Part shown: piece by piece, positions 29,792 to 41,057 of the stretch
How positions within the stretch are numbered: position 1 is the stretch's first letter
Layout: each line of letters starts with the position of its first letter
Assembly (NCBI GenBank): GCA_963765765.1
Contig: CAVXYC010000030.1
Span: 160,001 to 224,000, forward strand
From: an uncultured Chloroflexia bacterium
Lineage (GTDB): Bacteria; Chloroflexota; UBA6077; JACCZL01
Direction of reading: 5' to 3'
DNA: 64,000 nt
Program-made: the position numbers and the translations under genes
The notes under the pieces: model-generated
The model's database searches: none
What the model saw: the letters and a program-made list of their open reading frames with translations, nothing else
Told to the model about the DNA's origin: nothing

Positions 29792-31009
29792 TCAGCTCAG
29801 AATCACCGGAAGATGCGTGAGCCCACGGATAATCATCCCAGGGCGCCACGCTAAATCGCTCGGGTCAGCGGCGAGGCGCATGTTTGGGAACCGCGAGATG
29901 ATGGTTCCAATGGCAATTTGCGCCTCCAACCGTGCCAGCGGCGCGCCCAGGCAATAATGGATCCCGTGGCCGAAGGCGAGGTGGTCCCGCACGTCCCGAG
30001 TGATATCGAGGTCGTCTGCCGACGTGAAATGCTCGCCGTCGCGATTGGCAGAGCCGAGGACCACTAGCGCCATCTCGCCCTTGGGAATTGTCACATTCCC
30101 GATCGTGACATCCTCGCTGGCGTACCGCTCGGTGGACGTTTCCACCGGACCGGCATAGCGGAGCAGCTCCTCCACCGCTGGCTTGATCAGCTCGGGGTCC
30201 TGTTGCACTCGCTGGAGCTCATCTGGGTGCTCTAGGAGCGCGAGCAATCCATTCCCGATGAGATTTACCGTCGTCTCATGGCCCGCGATAAGCAGAAGGA
30301 AGATCATGGCGAACATCTCTTCCTCTGAAAGTCGATCGCCAGCCTCCTCAGCGCGCAGCAAGCCACTGATGAGATCCGCACGCGGATTGCGCCGACGCTC
30401 CTCAAAAAGCGCTCGAAGATAGTCCGCGAACGCTTCCATATGAGGAGCGATCTGCTCCGCCGCCTCGAAACTAAAGTCGCCGGAGACCGCCGCGTTGGAC
30501 CAGGTTCGAAATTTTTCTCGATCTTCTGCCGGGACGCCCAGAAGCTCGGCAATCACGGTGATTGGAATCGGGAACGCGTAGTCGTCGATGAGGTCCATCT
30601 CGCCGCGGGCGCTGGCCGTGTCTAGTAAACCGTCCGCGAGCTGCTGAATGCGAGGGCGCAGGTTTTCGATAAGCCGAGGTGTGAATGCCTTACTCACAAG
30701 CGCGCGTAAGCGCGTGTGATTTGGCGGGTCCTGGTCCAGCATGTTGGCAATGAATATGGCGAACGCTGGTGGGAGAGGCGGCAGCTCGGCACGCTCATCC
30801 GGAGTCAGTTGGGCCCGCCAGTTCTTGATGAAGCGTGGATCTCGGAGCACCGCCAACACGTCGTCGTATCGCGTAACAAGCCAGTAGCCTCGGCCATCGG
30901 ACTGGACATGACGGGAGATTGGCTCGTCCGCCCGCAACCGAGCGTAGTAGGGGAACGGATTGGCCTTAAAGGCCGGGTTGAAGGGCTGGTAGTCGTCGAT
31001 GTGTTCCAT
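29792..31009 (-). CDS. Cytochrome P450 (CYP107-like)
   Basis: DPPNHTRLR, I-helix AGHETT, ExxR (EELLR), heme motif FGHGIHYCLG. Confidence 0.95.
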   Translation of the reverse strand: MEHIDDYQPFNPAFKANPFPYYARLRADEPISRHVQSDGRGYWLVTRYDDVLAVLRDPRFIKNWRAQLTPDERAELPPLPPAFAIFIANMLDQDPPNHTRLRALVSKAFTPRLIENLRPRIQQLADGLLDTASARGEMDLIDDYAFPIPITVIAELLGVPAEDREKFRTWSNAAVSGDFSFEAAEQIAPHMEAFADYLRALFEERRRNPRADLISGLLRAEEAGDRLSEEEMFAMIFLLLIAGHETTVNLIGNGLLALLEHPDELQRVQQDPELIKPAVEELLRYAGPVETSTERYASEDVTIGNVTIPKGEMALVVLGSANRDGEHFTSADDLDITRDVRDHLAFGHGIHYCLGAPLARLEAQIAIGTIISRFPNMRLAADPSDLAWRPGMIIRGLTHLPVILS

Positions 31010-31184
31010 TGCAATCCCGGGCGGTCAATCCGACATCAGAGAGGCCGCTAAGGATAGTGTAATGCCCATTCCCGGGCGGGGTCCGAAACTATGCCCGCCG
31101 GCGACGCCTATATCGTTGACGCTCTTCGAGGGCGGTGCTATCGTCCGGCCACTTGACCAGAATGGCAAAAGGGGAATCGAGAGC

Positions 31185-32512
31185 ATGCTGTCACGTGAAG
31201 ATAATGAGCTGGTCACGCGCACCGGGCCCGGGACGCCGATGGGCAATGTTCTGCGGCGCTACTGGATGCCGGTGGCGATGTCGGCCGAGCTCGAGCCGGA
31301 CGGCGAGCCGCTCGAGCTGAAGATCCTGGGCGAGGACCTCGTGGCCTTCCGTGACACCGCCGGCGAGGTCGGTGTCCTGGATCTGTATTGTCCGCATCGA
31401 CGTGCTTCGCTGTGGCTGGGCCGAAACGAGGAGCAGGGGCTCCGCTGCGTGTTTCACGGCTGGAAGTTCGCCGTGGATGGCCGCTGCACCGAGATGCCGA
31501 GCGAGCCGGCTGAATACGATTTCAAAGACAAAGTGCGCATGACCGCTTACCCCACCGTCGAGGTGGGTGACGTCGTCTGGGCGTACATGGGGCCGCCCGA
31601 GAAGCAGCCGGCGCCGCCCGTGTTCGAGTGGGCTACGGTGCCGTCGACACACCGCCACGTGGATCGAATGGTCGAGGAGTGCAACTGGCTGCAGGCGCTG
31701 GAGGGCGGCGTGGATAGCGCGCACTCGTCGTTCCTGCACCGCTCGCTTCTAAAGGATCCGGATATGCGCACCGGCTTCAGCGTCAATGGCTTCCGCGCCC
31801 GCGGCGGAAATCCGCTCCTGGAAGTGGAGCTGACCGACTGGGGCTACACCTACGCATCGATCCGTGATCTGGGTGATGAAGGCAACTACGTTCGGACCTA
31901 CCAGTACATCATGCCGTTCACGCAGGTCCGTGCGCAGCAATTCACGAGTCGTGGCGAGCGCACTGGGGGGACTCCGCCGATTCCGCTCATCGGCGGCCAC
32001 ATGTGGGTGCCAATAGATGACGAGAACTGCATGGTCTGGAACACTCTGTACCACTATCGGCCTGAGCCACTGACGAACGGTGACGAGATCGAGAGCAACT
32101 CCGGCCGGGGCCGCAACGACTACACCCTGCCGGATCGCCGCAAGGTCCAACACAAGGACATTCACTGGGGCATCGATCGCGACATGCAGCGCACGCGTGA
32201 ACTACACCGGCATCGTCGGCGCAAACGCGCAGGACCACGCGGTGCACGAGAGCATGGGACGCATCGTGGACCGCATCCAAGGAGCAGCTCGGGACGATCG
32301 ACCGCGCGGTCATCGCCACGCGCCGATTGCTCATTGACGCTGCTCGCACCGTGGCAGCCGGCGGCGACCCGCCCGGCGTTGAGCCGAGCTACGCCCGCGC
32401 GCGAGCTATTGAGAAAGTACTGCCCAAATCTGAGCGCTGGCAGGATGTCATGAGTGAGGATATCTGGGGTGAGTGGCGGCCGCGGCAGCTTGCCTCGGTC
32501 GGGAGTCGCTGA
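31185..32512 (+). CDS. Rieske oxygenase alpha subunit (phthalate 4,5-dioxygenase/LigX family), frameshifts near 32197-32280
   Basis: MLSREDNELVTRTGPGTPMG, CPHRRASL...CVFHGW, EGGVDSAHSSFLH; NYTGIVGANAQDHAVHESMG in alternate frame; ends ...QLASVGSR*. Confidence 0.9.
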
Positions 32513-32536
32513 GTTAGATCGGAAAGGGAGCCCGTC

Positions 32537-33756
32537 ATGACGAGTTCAATAAGATCGATCGTTGGTCCGCTGCTCACGGCAGTCGTGCTGGTGACGGCCT
32601 GCGCACCGGCGCCGAGTGCTACGCCTACCGCGGCGCCGGTCCCGCCAGTGGCGGCTCCCGCTCCACCCACCGCGGCTCCCCAAGCGGCCCCAGCCAACGC
32701 GGCTCCGGGATCGCAGGCCGATTCAGCGAAGTCAGCAGCTCCTGCGGGGTGGGACCAGATCGTTGCTGACGCAAAGCGCGAAAAGCTTGTGGTGGTCACG
32801 ACGCTGGGAGACAACGACAAGGAGGTGCTTTCGCGGTTCTCTAGGGCCTACCCGGATATTCCGGTGGAGCACACTGGCGCTCGCCCGAGCGATATCTCGC
32901 CCAAGATCATCAGCGAGCAGCGCAACGGTGTGTTTGCCTGGGACGTGATGTACTCCAACGGCACCAGCAATATGCACGAGGTGCTCATGGGTGCCGACGC
33001 GTTTCAGGAGCTCAAGCCATACCTGCTCCTTCCCGAAGTGCTTGACGATAGCAAATGGAACGGCGGCAAAGCGCTGATGTTCACTTCCGAACAGAAGCCG
33101 CACATCCTCATTCACGAGCTATTCAGAACCAGCGCGTTGTACGTAAATCGGGAGAAGATCCGGCCGGCGAGCTAACGGATCCCAAACAACTTGGCGATCC
33201 GAAATTCAAGGGCAAGTTCGTGATCGACGATTGCCGGGTGGCGGCCGGTGGCACGTCCACCCTCATTGGAATCTGGCAGTACGGCGGAGAGTCATTAGTG
33301 CGAACGATCCTGAAGGATCAAGCGCCAGCATTCTCCGAGACCAAGCGGATCACGGCAGAGTGGATCGCTACGGGGCGGTATCCCATTGGCATTGGTATCG
33401 ATGAGCAGGAGCTCGCGAATCTAAAGAAGGAAGGCGTGGGCGACAGCGTTCAGAAGCTCGAGTACGACGGGGGAAACACCTCGGCGAACGGCATCGCCGT
33501 GTTCCAGAACGCGCCGCATCCGAACGCTTCCAGGGTGTTCGTCAACTGGTTCCTGAGCCGTGAAGGGCAGGTTGCCTGGTCAGAGGCATGGAGTCGGCCC
33601 ATCGACCGCAACTCTCGCCGAAACGACGTCCCGCTGCGCAATCCGGGTGCATATCCTGACCACACCAAGCTGGATCAGATTGCAATCTGGGGAACGGACA
33701 CGGGTACGAAGATCGTCAAAGCCGTGACGGACGCTTGCAAGGAGAACTACCCGTGA
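32537..33756 (+). CDS. ABC transporter substrate-binding lipoprotein (AfuA/Fe3+-type fold), frameshift near 33165
   Basis: Lipobox VTAC, Pro/Ala-rich linker, WDQIVADAKRE, DPKFKGK, NAPHPNASRVFVNWFLSREGQ. Confidence 0.82.
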
Positions 33757-33828
33757 CGAATGCGGTAGTGCGTAGCGCCAAGCAGTCGAGCGATTGATGT
33801 CACTTGGCACTCCGCACTACCCACTCGC
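33756..33828. repeat. Heptamer-based imperfect inverted repeat between convergent genes
   Basis: Right arm CACTTGG CACTCCG CACTACC CACTCGC; left arm ACGAATG CGGTAGTG CGTAGCG CCAAGC resembles its reverse complement. Confidence 0.55.
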
Positions 33829-34709
33829 AGGGATCCATTGCTGGAACCACGCGGCGCTCTCGGCGAGCATTTTGGGTAGGTGCTCGGGAGCGTATGTCTC
33901 GTAGTGCTCCAGCCCGGGTAAGACCACCCACTTTTTTCGGCTCGCCCGGCACGGTCGTACAACTCGCGCGTAAGCTCGTTCAGCACCAGGCCGTCATTCC
34001 CGGCCACGATGAACAAGATCGGACGTGGGCTAATCTGGTGCACGATCTCGTCCGGTCGGAAATCGATGACCGCGCGGGCAGTCTCCAGCGGTATCTGACG
34101 GCACATGTCAGGGAACAGCGCGAGCGTTGCTTCGATGGCTCGTTCACTCGCTGGATCGGGAAGCATAAGGTAGGTCCGATCCACCATTCGTGACTGTCCA
34201 GCGGTCACCTGAGATCGCCAGTCTTCTTCGAGCTCGCGCTTCAGATCACGCCACTCCCAGGCACGCCGAAGACTTCGTATCCACCGCTCGCCGTTGCCAA
34301 CGGCCACCACGCTCACCGTACATGCCACGCGCCGGTCCACCGCCGCGACGTAAGCCACATTGGCGCCGCCGAAGCTGGTACCCCAGAGGCCGATGTTACT
34401 GCGATCCACCTGGGACAGCGTTTCGAGAAATGTCAGAGCATTGCGAATGTCCACGACCTGCTCTTGCGGGATCATCCGCCAGCGCGGACCCTGGCTCTCG
34501 CCGAAACCACGGTAGTCGATCGTCAGTGCGATGTAACCTTGCTGGGCCAGGTGCGCGGCCACCTCGGGCAGCACGCGGTCCTGGCTCGCGCCAAAGCCGT
34601 GGCATACCAGGACTGCCGGCCGCCGTTCATCTCTTGCGAGATGAGCGGGCTGATGCAGATAGCCCACAAGCTCGATGCCATCACTGTAGAACGCAACTCG
34701 TTCGGCCAT
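33817..34709 (-). CDS. Alpha/beta hydrolase (frameshift near 33935)
   Basis: VCHGFG, DYRGFGES, nucleophile GTSFGG, ISPRPILFI..D; corrected C-terminus KWVVLPGLEHYETY...WIPASG* restores the catalytic His. Confidence 0.85.
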
Positions 34710-34855
34710 AGGGTGTCCTTATCCGTCTCCCGACCTAGATGGGACGGTTGGCCCGTCTTCCGCATGGGGACGGCGTGGGAATGTCGGCCCAAGTGATTAA
34801 ACGCCGCGGTGTGGCCGGTGAGCAATTGACTTGGACCGAGGCTTCGACTCACCGT

Positions 34856-35857
34856 CTACGTGGAGCGTGCTTCAGACGACGGTATTGCACTGGTGACCGC
34901 TTCCAGCGTTTGAGTGGTATACAACAGTACCGGCAGAGGGCTGGATCGGATCACTTCATCAGCGACGCTACCGGTAACGGCTCGTGAAAGCCCCCGCCGA
35001 GCATGGGTGCGCATCACGACGATGTCCGAGCGAAGCTCAGCGGCAAGCTTGAGCGTGCACTGCGCGATGCTGCTCGGCCCAAGGTTGTATTCCACGCGTG
35101 TTGCCACTTCAGCACCGCAATCTCCCAGTCTCTCCGACCAGTAATCAAGTGCATGTTCGAGCTCCTCGATGCGCTCATGCACGGGTGGTTGTGAAGCTCT
35201 GAGCGCGTAGTTGCCTCCCCCAATAGGCGTGATACCCATTTGCTCCAGCGCCCAGGCAGGAGGGGTGCCATCAAGGTCATCGACGTGGACGATCTGTGGT
35301 GGCAGGACAGCGATGAGATCGATGCGCTGAATACCGAACGATTCAGCGAAGCGTGCCGCCTCGGGAAGCATCGCGGCGGAAAATGGTCCGCCGTCAAGTG
35401 GGACTAACATTCGTTCGAATCGTGTGTCTGCAGCGGCCGCAGGGCCATACACGACCACGGGCTGTTTCGCTCTAGCTATTACTGCTTCAGCCAGGCTACC
35501 GTGCAACACTCGATCCATGCCCCGGCGCCCGTGCGTGGCCATGACGATGAGAGCTGCTTCTTCCGACTGTGCCTGAGATACGATCACGTCGACGGTGTCG
35601 CCGTAACGGGCGATAGCTGTCACCTTGACGCCAGACTGGTCGATGCCCGAGGCTACGGCATTCAAATATGACTCCGCTGCTTCTAGCTCGCGAACCTGCG
35701 CCGGACCCGTTGTCTCACGCGAGTCGGAATTGCCAGCAGATCGGAGCAGTACAAGTCGTGCTCGGTCGGAGTGCTCTTTTACGAGTGCCGTGACTGACGG
35801 GAGAGGAAGCTCGGCTTCCGTTGAGCCGTCCAGTGGGATCAGCAGAGTGCGGTACAT
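34856..35857 (-). CDS. Tandem universal stress protein
   Basis: LIPLDGS, LIVMATHGRRGMDRVLHGSLAEAVI; second domain LVPLDG, VVMRTHARRGLSRAVTGSVADEVIR. Confidence 0.92.
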   Translation of the reverse strand: MYRTLLIPLDGSTEAELPLPSVTALVKEHSDRARLVLLRSAGNSDSRETTGPAQVRELEAAESYLNAVASGIDQSGVKVTAIARYGDTVDVIVSQAQSEEAALIVMATHGRRGMDRVLHGSLAEAVIARAKQPVVVYGPAAAADTRFERMLVPLDGGPFSAAMLPEAARFAESFGIQRIDLIAVLPPQIVHVDDLDGTPPAWALEQMGITPIGGGNYALRASQPPVHERIEELEHALDYWSERLGDCGAEVATRVEYNLGPSSIAQCTLKLAAELRSDIVVMRTHARRGLSRAVTGSVADEVIRSSPLPVLLYTTQTLEAVTSAIPSSEARST

Positions 35858-36069
35858 AAGTGTGTGCCTCCAGCATTCCAAGTATGTCACTCAGACTACT
35901 TCGCGCCCTACTCCTATGGATAGTGTCGGGATAGGCCATTGCCGAGTCCGCTCCCTGGTTCTCAACAATAACGATGCTTCGTGAGCGCATGGATTGCGAT
36001 CCAAGCCAGCGAGATTGGACGATGCCGGCGTCCCGCGACACAATAAGGACAGCTCGCCCTGGAGCCACC

Positions 36070-36864
36070 ATGCCCCACGTTGCCGCGCTCTATCGATACC
36101 CGGTCAAAGGGTTTACACCGGAATCGCGTGACTCATTGACCATACTGCCCAGCGGACAGGTGGAAGGGGATCGCGTCCTGGGCGTGCGGTTTGCCGATTC
36201 ACCCGCACCGGATGACGCCTGGGCCGCCAAGCGCGAGATGCTGGTGCTCATGAACACGCCGGGGCTAGCCCAGCTCGAGTTGCAATTCGACTCTGACCGG
36301 CAGCGCATTCGTATGAGCCACGACGGCATCGTGCTGCTGGACGCTGCGCTGGACGAAGCGGGGCGGAATTTGATTGGCGGTGTATTGGAACAATTCGCCA
36401 AAGGCCTCGGAGAGCAGCCGCTCCGCGACCATCCTGAGCGCCTGCCCCTGCGAGTAGTTGGCGACGGGCGAACGCCTCGCTATCACGATAACCAGGAGGG
36501 CCAGATCACACTCCACGGACGAGCGAGCGTGCAAGCGCTCGGGGCGGTTCTGGGAGACTCAGCTCTCAGCGAGCGCCGGTTCAGATCCAATATCGCCGTG
36601 GAAAGTCTGCCAGCGTGGGAAGAGCTGAGCTGGATGGGGCGAAGTGTTCAGATTGGCGATGTGACATTTAGCGTGGTGAAGGAGAAGGTTCGCTGCCTTG
36701 CGACGCACGCGAACCCGGTCACGGGAGAACGCGATCAGCCAGTTATGAACACGCTCGTCGATACGTTCGGACATGAGCAGCCGACGATGGGTGTGTCCCT
36801 TGTGCCGGTGGCTGGAGGCGGACAGGTCCGACTGGGAGACCAAGTACGCCTGGTCGATGCTTGA
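36070..36864 (+). CDS. MOSC domain protein
   Basis: VAALYRYPVKG, GDR, RRFRSNI, RCLATHANPVTGERD, GQVRLGD. Confidence 0.9.
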   Translation: MPHVAALYRYPVKGFTPESRDSLTILPSGQVEGDRVLGVRFADSPAPDDAWAAKREMLVLMNTPGLAQLELQFDSDRQRIRMSHDGIVLLDAALDEAGRNLIGGVLEQFAKGLGEQPLRDHPERLPLRVVGDGRTPRYHDNQEGQITLHGRASVQALGAVLGDSALSERRFRSNIAVESLPAWEELSWMGRSVQIGDVTFSVVKEKVRCLATHANPVTGERDQPVMNTLVDTFGHEQPTMGVSLVPVAGGGQVRLGDQVRLVDA

Positions 36865-36901
36865 TCGACCAGGCGTACTTACGATCCCTTAGCCGCGAAG
36901 G

Positions 36902-37135
36902 CTAGCTGTTGTCGTCGTCCGAGTCGTCATTCTCGTCGTCGTCGTTGTCCGACTGTGCAAAGGCCGAAGATTGTGGCTGCGTCTGCGCCTGGATAACCAC
37001 GGCCGGAGCGGATGCTGAGCGTGACGTCGTGCTGGGCACCCCAATGTGAAGCATTCCAGAGCTCGTCGCTGCCATGAGGGCAACGATGGTGGCGAGAACC
37101 AATCCTCGCGCACACGTCAATAACGGCCATCGCAT
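36902..37135 (-). CDS. Small secreted/membrane-anchored protein with Ser/Thr/Gln-rich linker and acidic tail
   Basis: MRWPLLTCARGLVLATIVALMAATSSG signal-like; tail SDNDDDENDDSDDDNS. Confidence 0.55.
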   Translation of the reverse strand: MRWPLLTCARGLVLATIVALMAATSSGMLHIGVPSTTSRSASAPAVVIQAQTQPQSSAFAQSDNDDDENDDSDDDNS

Positions 37136-37239
37136 CTTCTGCTCGATTCTTAAGAGGTAGCCGCGATGGTACTCGGTTCAAAATACGAGGCAAGAATGAC
37201 CGGGTCTGTTCCGGTCGAGATGGCCCGCGTGGCGTGAAT

Positions 37240-37261
37240 GTAACGAAGCCGTAACGAGGCA
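37240..37261. promoter_or_regulatory. Putative OmpR/PhoB-family response regulator box
   Basis: 11-bp-period direct repeat GTAACGAAGCC GTAACGAGGCA (GTAAC-N6-GTAAC) about 105 nt upstream of the small acidic protein gene. Confidence 0.45.
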
Positions 37262-37281
37262 GTTCGGGACACTCCTACCGC

Positions 37282-39414
37282 TCACCCGAGGACCGTGGAG
37301 CACCCGCTACGGCTCACCGCGAAGCCAAGGTCGGCCTGGTAGAAGTATTCGATGGGGCGCCACGGTGATGTGAGCGTATGGTCGAACTCCTCATCGAAGG
37401 CATCAGCCCGCATCGTTCCGAACCGCGTTGGGGACGATGGATCAACCTGTAGGTTAACGGCGGTGCGCCCCAGAACAGTGAGACTACCCGCGCTGATGTA
37501 GCCCGGGGGAGGGGGAACCGGGACGGCCAGATTGCGGTCGTGTGGCGATTTCTGAACCCTCAAGATGACCTCGGGGGGCACGGGACATCCTTGCGGACGT
37601 CGGAGATACCAGGCTGCAATCGCCGGACTCTCGTTGGTGGCATAGCTCACGGGAAGGTTACCTTGCTTCTGCAGCATCGATATTCCCTTCCAGCCATGAC
37701 GGTGGCTTGCGCCGAACACGCCGCCTATGGACCGTCCACTCGCGTTGGTCCAGTCCAGCCAGTGGCGCTGATCGGGATAGATCATCTGATACTCGGGCCA
37801 GCGTTGCACCAGGGTGACCCACGAAAAGTGTGTGAGAGCGATGATGAATACCGCTCCCCCTGCTGAAGCCAACCTTCGAATCGGGCCGGCCGGTACACAT
37901 CTGACCAGAAGTATCGCCGTGAGTAGCACAAGCGCAGGAAATGCCTCCCGCCAGTGCGTACCCGGGATGCGAATCAGAAACGCATGCACGATGAGCGGGC
38001 CAATGGCCCAGGCAATGGCGGCGCGCTGGGCGATTGGCGCCGCTCGAGCCGTGAGTACAACGGCCAGCGCGATGAGCAGCCCGGTAAGAGCAACCCCGGA
38101 CAATCGTGTCCAGGAGCCGGCCGCTGCCAGTAGGGCCAGCGCGATCGCGAAGAGCGCCACGCTACTTGGGACCTGGCGCAGGCGCTGAGCTAGCACGATG
38201 ATGAAAGAGAGAGCACCGCCCCCGACCGTGAGCACCAGATAGGGAGTAGAGAGGTAGTGGTTGGCGGAAGTGAGAAACTCGCTCCAGTTCCAGTAGGGTC
38301 GCGCTCCACCCAGGCGAGGACCGAGGTATGAGATCACCCCCCCAGTGCGGGCGCCAATGACTTCAACGACTAACACCAGAAGCACGAGCAGCGTGGCCAG
38401 CACGCCAGGCCAGACCCAGAGCGCTACCATCCGCCATCGATGATCTTCCAGGGCAACGAGTCGGGGACCCACGAAGATATCACCGGCAACACAAAGAACA
38501 TGGCCCCGAGCGCAATGAGCCCGGCGCTGCATAACAGCGTGCTCCCCGCCAGGGCCAGAGAGACCACCGGCTGCTCACCGCGTCCGAATCGAATACAGCA
38601 CATGAGCCCCAGCAATCCAAGAAGGAACGCCAGGCTGTCGTATTGAAGAATCCGACCGAACGCGACACTGTAACCATTGACCGCCAGAAGCAACCCAGCG
38701 ACCAGCGCTACACGCCAATCAAAGAGCTCGCGGGCCAGCATGTAAAACGTCACCACGGCGGCAACAGCCGAGAGCGCGAACGGAAGCCTTCCAGTGAGCT
38801 CGGTGATCGCCCCGAGCTGGCCGAAGAACGGCAATGTGACCAGGATCTCCCCGGGTACCTTGCGGTGCGCCAGGAGCGCATCGGGCACACCTTGAATGGC
38901 TGCCATCGCCCGTAGAAGAATGCGCGCTTCATCACCTTGAAACTCGCTCCAGCCAAGGTCCGATAGTCGAAGAAACCCCGCTAAACCGGCGATGGATAGA
39001 ACGGGCCAGCTCGGCCACGCCAACGGCATCTCCAGCCGAGCGCCGGATTTCACGGCAACGCCCAACAAGGCAAGCGTCAGCGCGTTCGCGGCCAGCGTGA
39101 TGTGCCAGCTCAAGATGGGCCGCGCCAATCCCGCCAGCGAGATGATCGTCAGCACCATGCCTAGAACCATGACCGCGCAGAACCCCAGACCCAGCGCGAG
39201 AAGCGCATTCTCTGGGGGTGCTACTGGGAGCGCGGTGCTCCTGGGGCGCGAAAAAAGGAGCCGCGCTATAAGCCAGCCCGGGATCAAGACGAAGAGCGCG
39301 AGGCAGCCAAGGAGGCGAATTTCGATGGTCGACCGGCGAGACCACTATGACATCGGACAGTGCAAGGACAGCCAGCATGACCGCGAGCGCAGGCTTATTG
39401 GCCGGCTTGACCAA
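37282..39414 (-). CDS. ArnT/PMT-like GT-C membrane glycosyltransferase (frameshifts near 39310 and 38480)
   Basis: ORFs 38424..39287 and 37282..38532: FLRLSDLGWSEFQGDEA, GRLPFAL, VAGLLLAVNGYSVAFGRILQYDS; many TM helices. Start approximate. Confidence 0.8.
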
Positions 39415-39440
39415 GGGGGCGCTTAGGGCGCTGGCCGTAC

Positions 39441-41045
39441 TCAGAGCGCTGGCCGTATACGGAATACCAGCGTTCGCGACGTGGTATGGACCGTCTCGAA
39501 GCGCGGATCGTCCATCACTGCCTTGATGAACGCGGGGCGGTCGTTCTCCGTGAAGACGTAGTCCGCGCCAAACACGCTCTTGATCGTTTCCGAAGGCCCT
39601 GTCACCCGCCCCAATGAAACCTGCCGCCACAACGTAAAGAGTCGCGGGTCGTAGAGGGTCATATAGGTTGGGTCCAGGCCGAGGAGGTAGGTATTGTGGG
39701 TGTTCCAATAAAACAAGCGCGGAAAGTCGTCAAACCCAGGAAAGAAAACGCGTGATCCCGGCGGAGTATTGGCGGCAAGCCAGCTCGCCGCCGCGCGTGG
39801 CATCTCCCAATCCGGGGCGCTGCGCGCTTCTTGACGCGCGCGGTCGACGTTCCAGAGCAGCCCGGCCGCCACAATGAGACACAAGAGCGGCACAACCCAG
39901 CGCGTGACGCTCGCGGCGCGCGGAGTGTTCCAGCCGGGCAAAACCAATCCCGGGCGCGCCCATGACCAGGCGCAGAAGATGGCGGCGAACGGGGGCAGAT
40001 ACTCGATGATTCGCTGCGAGCGAATCGTCATCCCAAGGAAGCCAATAGCCAGACCACCGAGGGCAACACCTCGCCAATCGGGAAGCTGACGTCGCCAGAG
40101 TTGATAGATTGGTGGCAGCAGCCCGATGAGGCACATTGCCATCGAGGGGCCGACGCGTGCCGGGAATGTGTTCGCTGGGAACGGATACCACTCTCCTCCA
40201 ACCCGAACGTTTAGCTCTATGCCGACCTGCGCCTTGGGTAGCAGGTGCAGCATGGCAAACTCTAAGTGCCGCGGAAAGTACGGGTGCGTCACCAATCCCA
40301 GGCCGATACCGAGAGTCGCCGCTCCGCAGGCGAGTAGCGCCGGTCGCAGATCGCCCGCCATTGGCTGCCACTGCGACCGGAGCTCGGCGCTCGATCGCGA
40401 AACGAGCCACAGCACCAACAGCGCTGCCACCGCGGCAAACGGCATCGCAAGGATGAATGGAAAACCATCGAATAGCCAGGCGGCCGCCCAGCCGATAGGG
40501 ATGAGAAGGACTGGACGCCTGCTCAGCGCGGCCCAGGTTCCCAAGATCATGAGTGCCAGGAAGAGGCCCTGAGGGCGAGCCATGGATTGACGCCAAAGGA
40601 ATGTTTGCGACGCGGCCAGCATGGCGATGACCCAGAGCACCGGAAACCGCACCTGGTTGTGCGCAAGGAACAAATAGCTGATGTATAACCCCAGGGTCGC
40701 AAAAAGCACCGATGCCATCTTGGCGCCGGTGCGCGCGTCGCCAAGAGTAAATGGCACTTGCAGTGCGTGAAACAGGTAATGATGATCCGCATACCGCTCG
40801 TGGTTGAGGATCGTTAACTGCAGCCACGGGAATTCTAGCCGCGGCCCATGCTCGCGCATGAGAGCGGCCACACGGACGTGATAGTACCCATCGATGCCGA
40901 TGATGCTGGGCGTGGCGCTTTGAACAGCGCTGTAGACCGCCGCAATCAGCAGCAAGGTGAGGGCGCCCTCGCGACTTCGGAGCGCGGTCCAGACCGCACC
41001 CGCGACCCGCGAGACGCCGGATGGAGCGAGCGTTCGTGCAACCAC
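39441..41045 (-). CDS. Polytopic membrane protein, probable GT-C-fold glycosyltransferase
   Basis: IDGYYH after first TM, RP motif (SMARPQ), EW, about 11 TM helices, C-terminal AASWLAANTPPGSRVF...LGLDP domain. Confidence 0.7.
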   Translation of the reverse strand: MVARTLAPSGVSRVAGAVWTALRSREGALTLLLIAAVYSAVQSATPSIIGIDGYYHVRVAALMREHGPRLEFPWLQLTILNHERYADHHYLFHALQVPFTLGDARTGAKMASVLFATLGLYISYLFLAHNQVRFPVLWVIAMLAASQTFLWRQSMARPQGLFLALMILGTWAALSRRPVLLIPIGWAAAWLFDGFPFILAMPFAAVAALLVLWLVSRSSAELRSQWQPMAGDLRPALLACGAATLGIGLGLVTHPYFPRHLEFAMLHLLPKAQVGIELNVRVGGEWYPFPANTFPARVGPSMAMCLIGLLPPIYQLWRRQLPDWRGVALGGLAIGFLGMTIRSQRIIEYLPPFAAIFCAWSWARPGLVLPGWNTPRAASVTRWVVPLLCLIVAAGLLWNVDRARQEARSAPDWEMPRAAASWLAANTPPGSRVFFPGFDDFPRLFYWNTHNTYLLGLDPTYMTLYDPRLFTLWRQVSLGRVTGPSETIKSVFGADYVFTENDRPAFIKAVMDDPRFETVHTTSRTLVFRIRPAL

Positions 41046-41057
41046 GATCCTGAGGGC

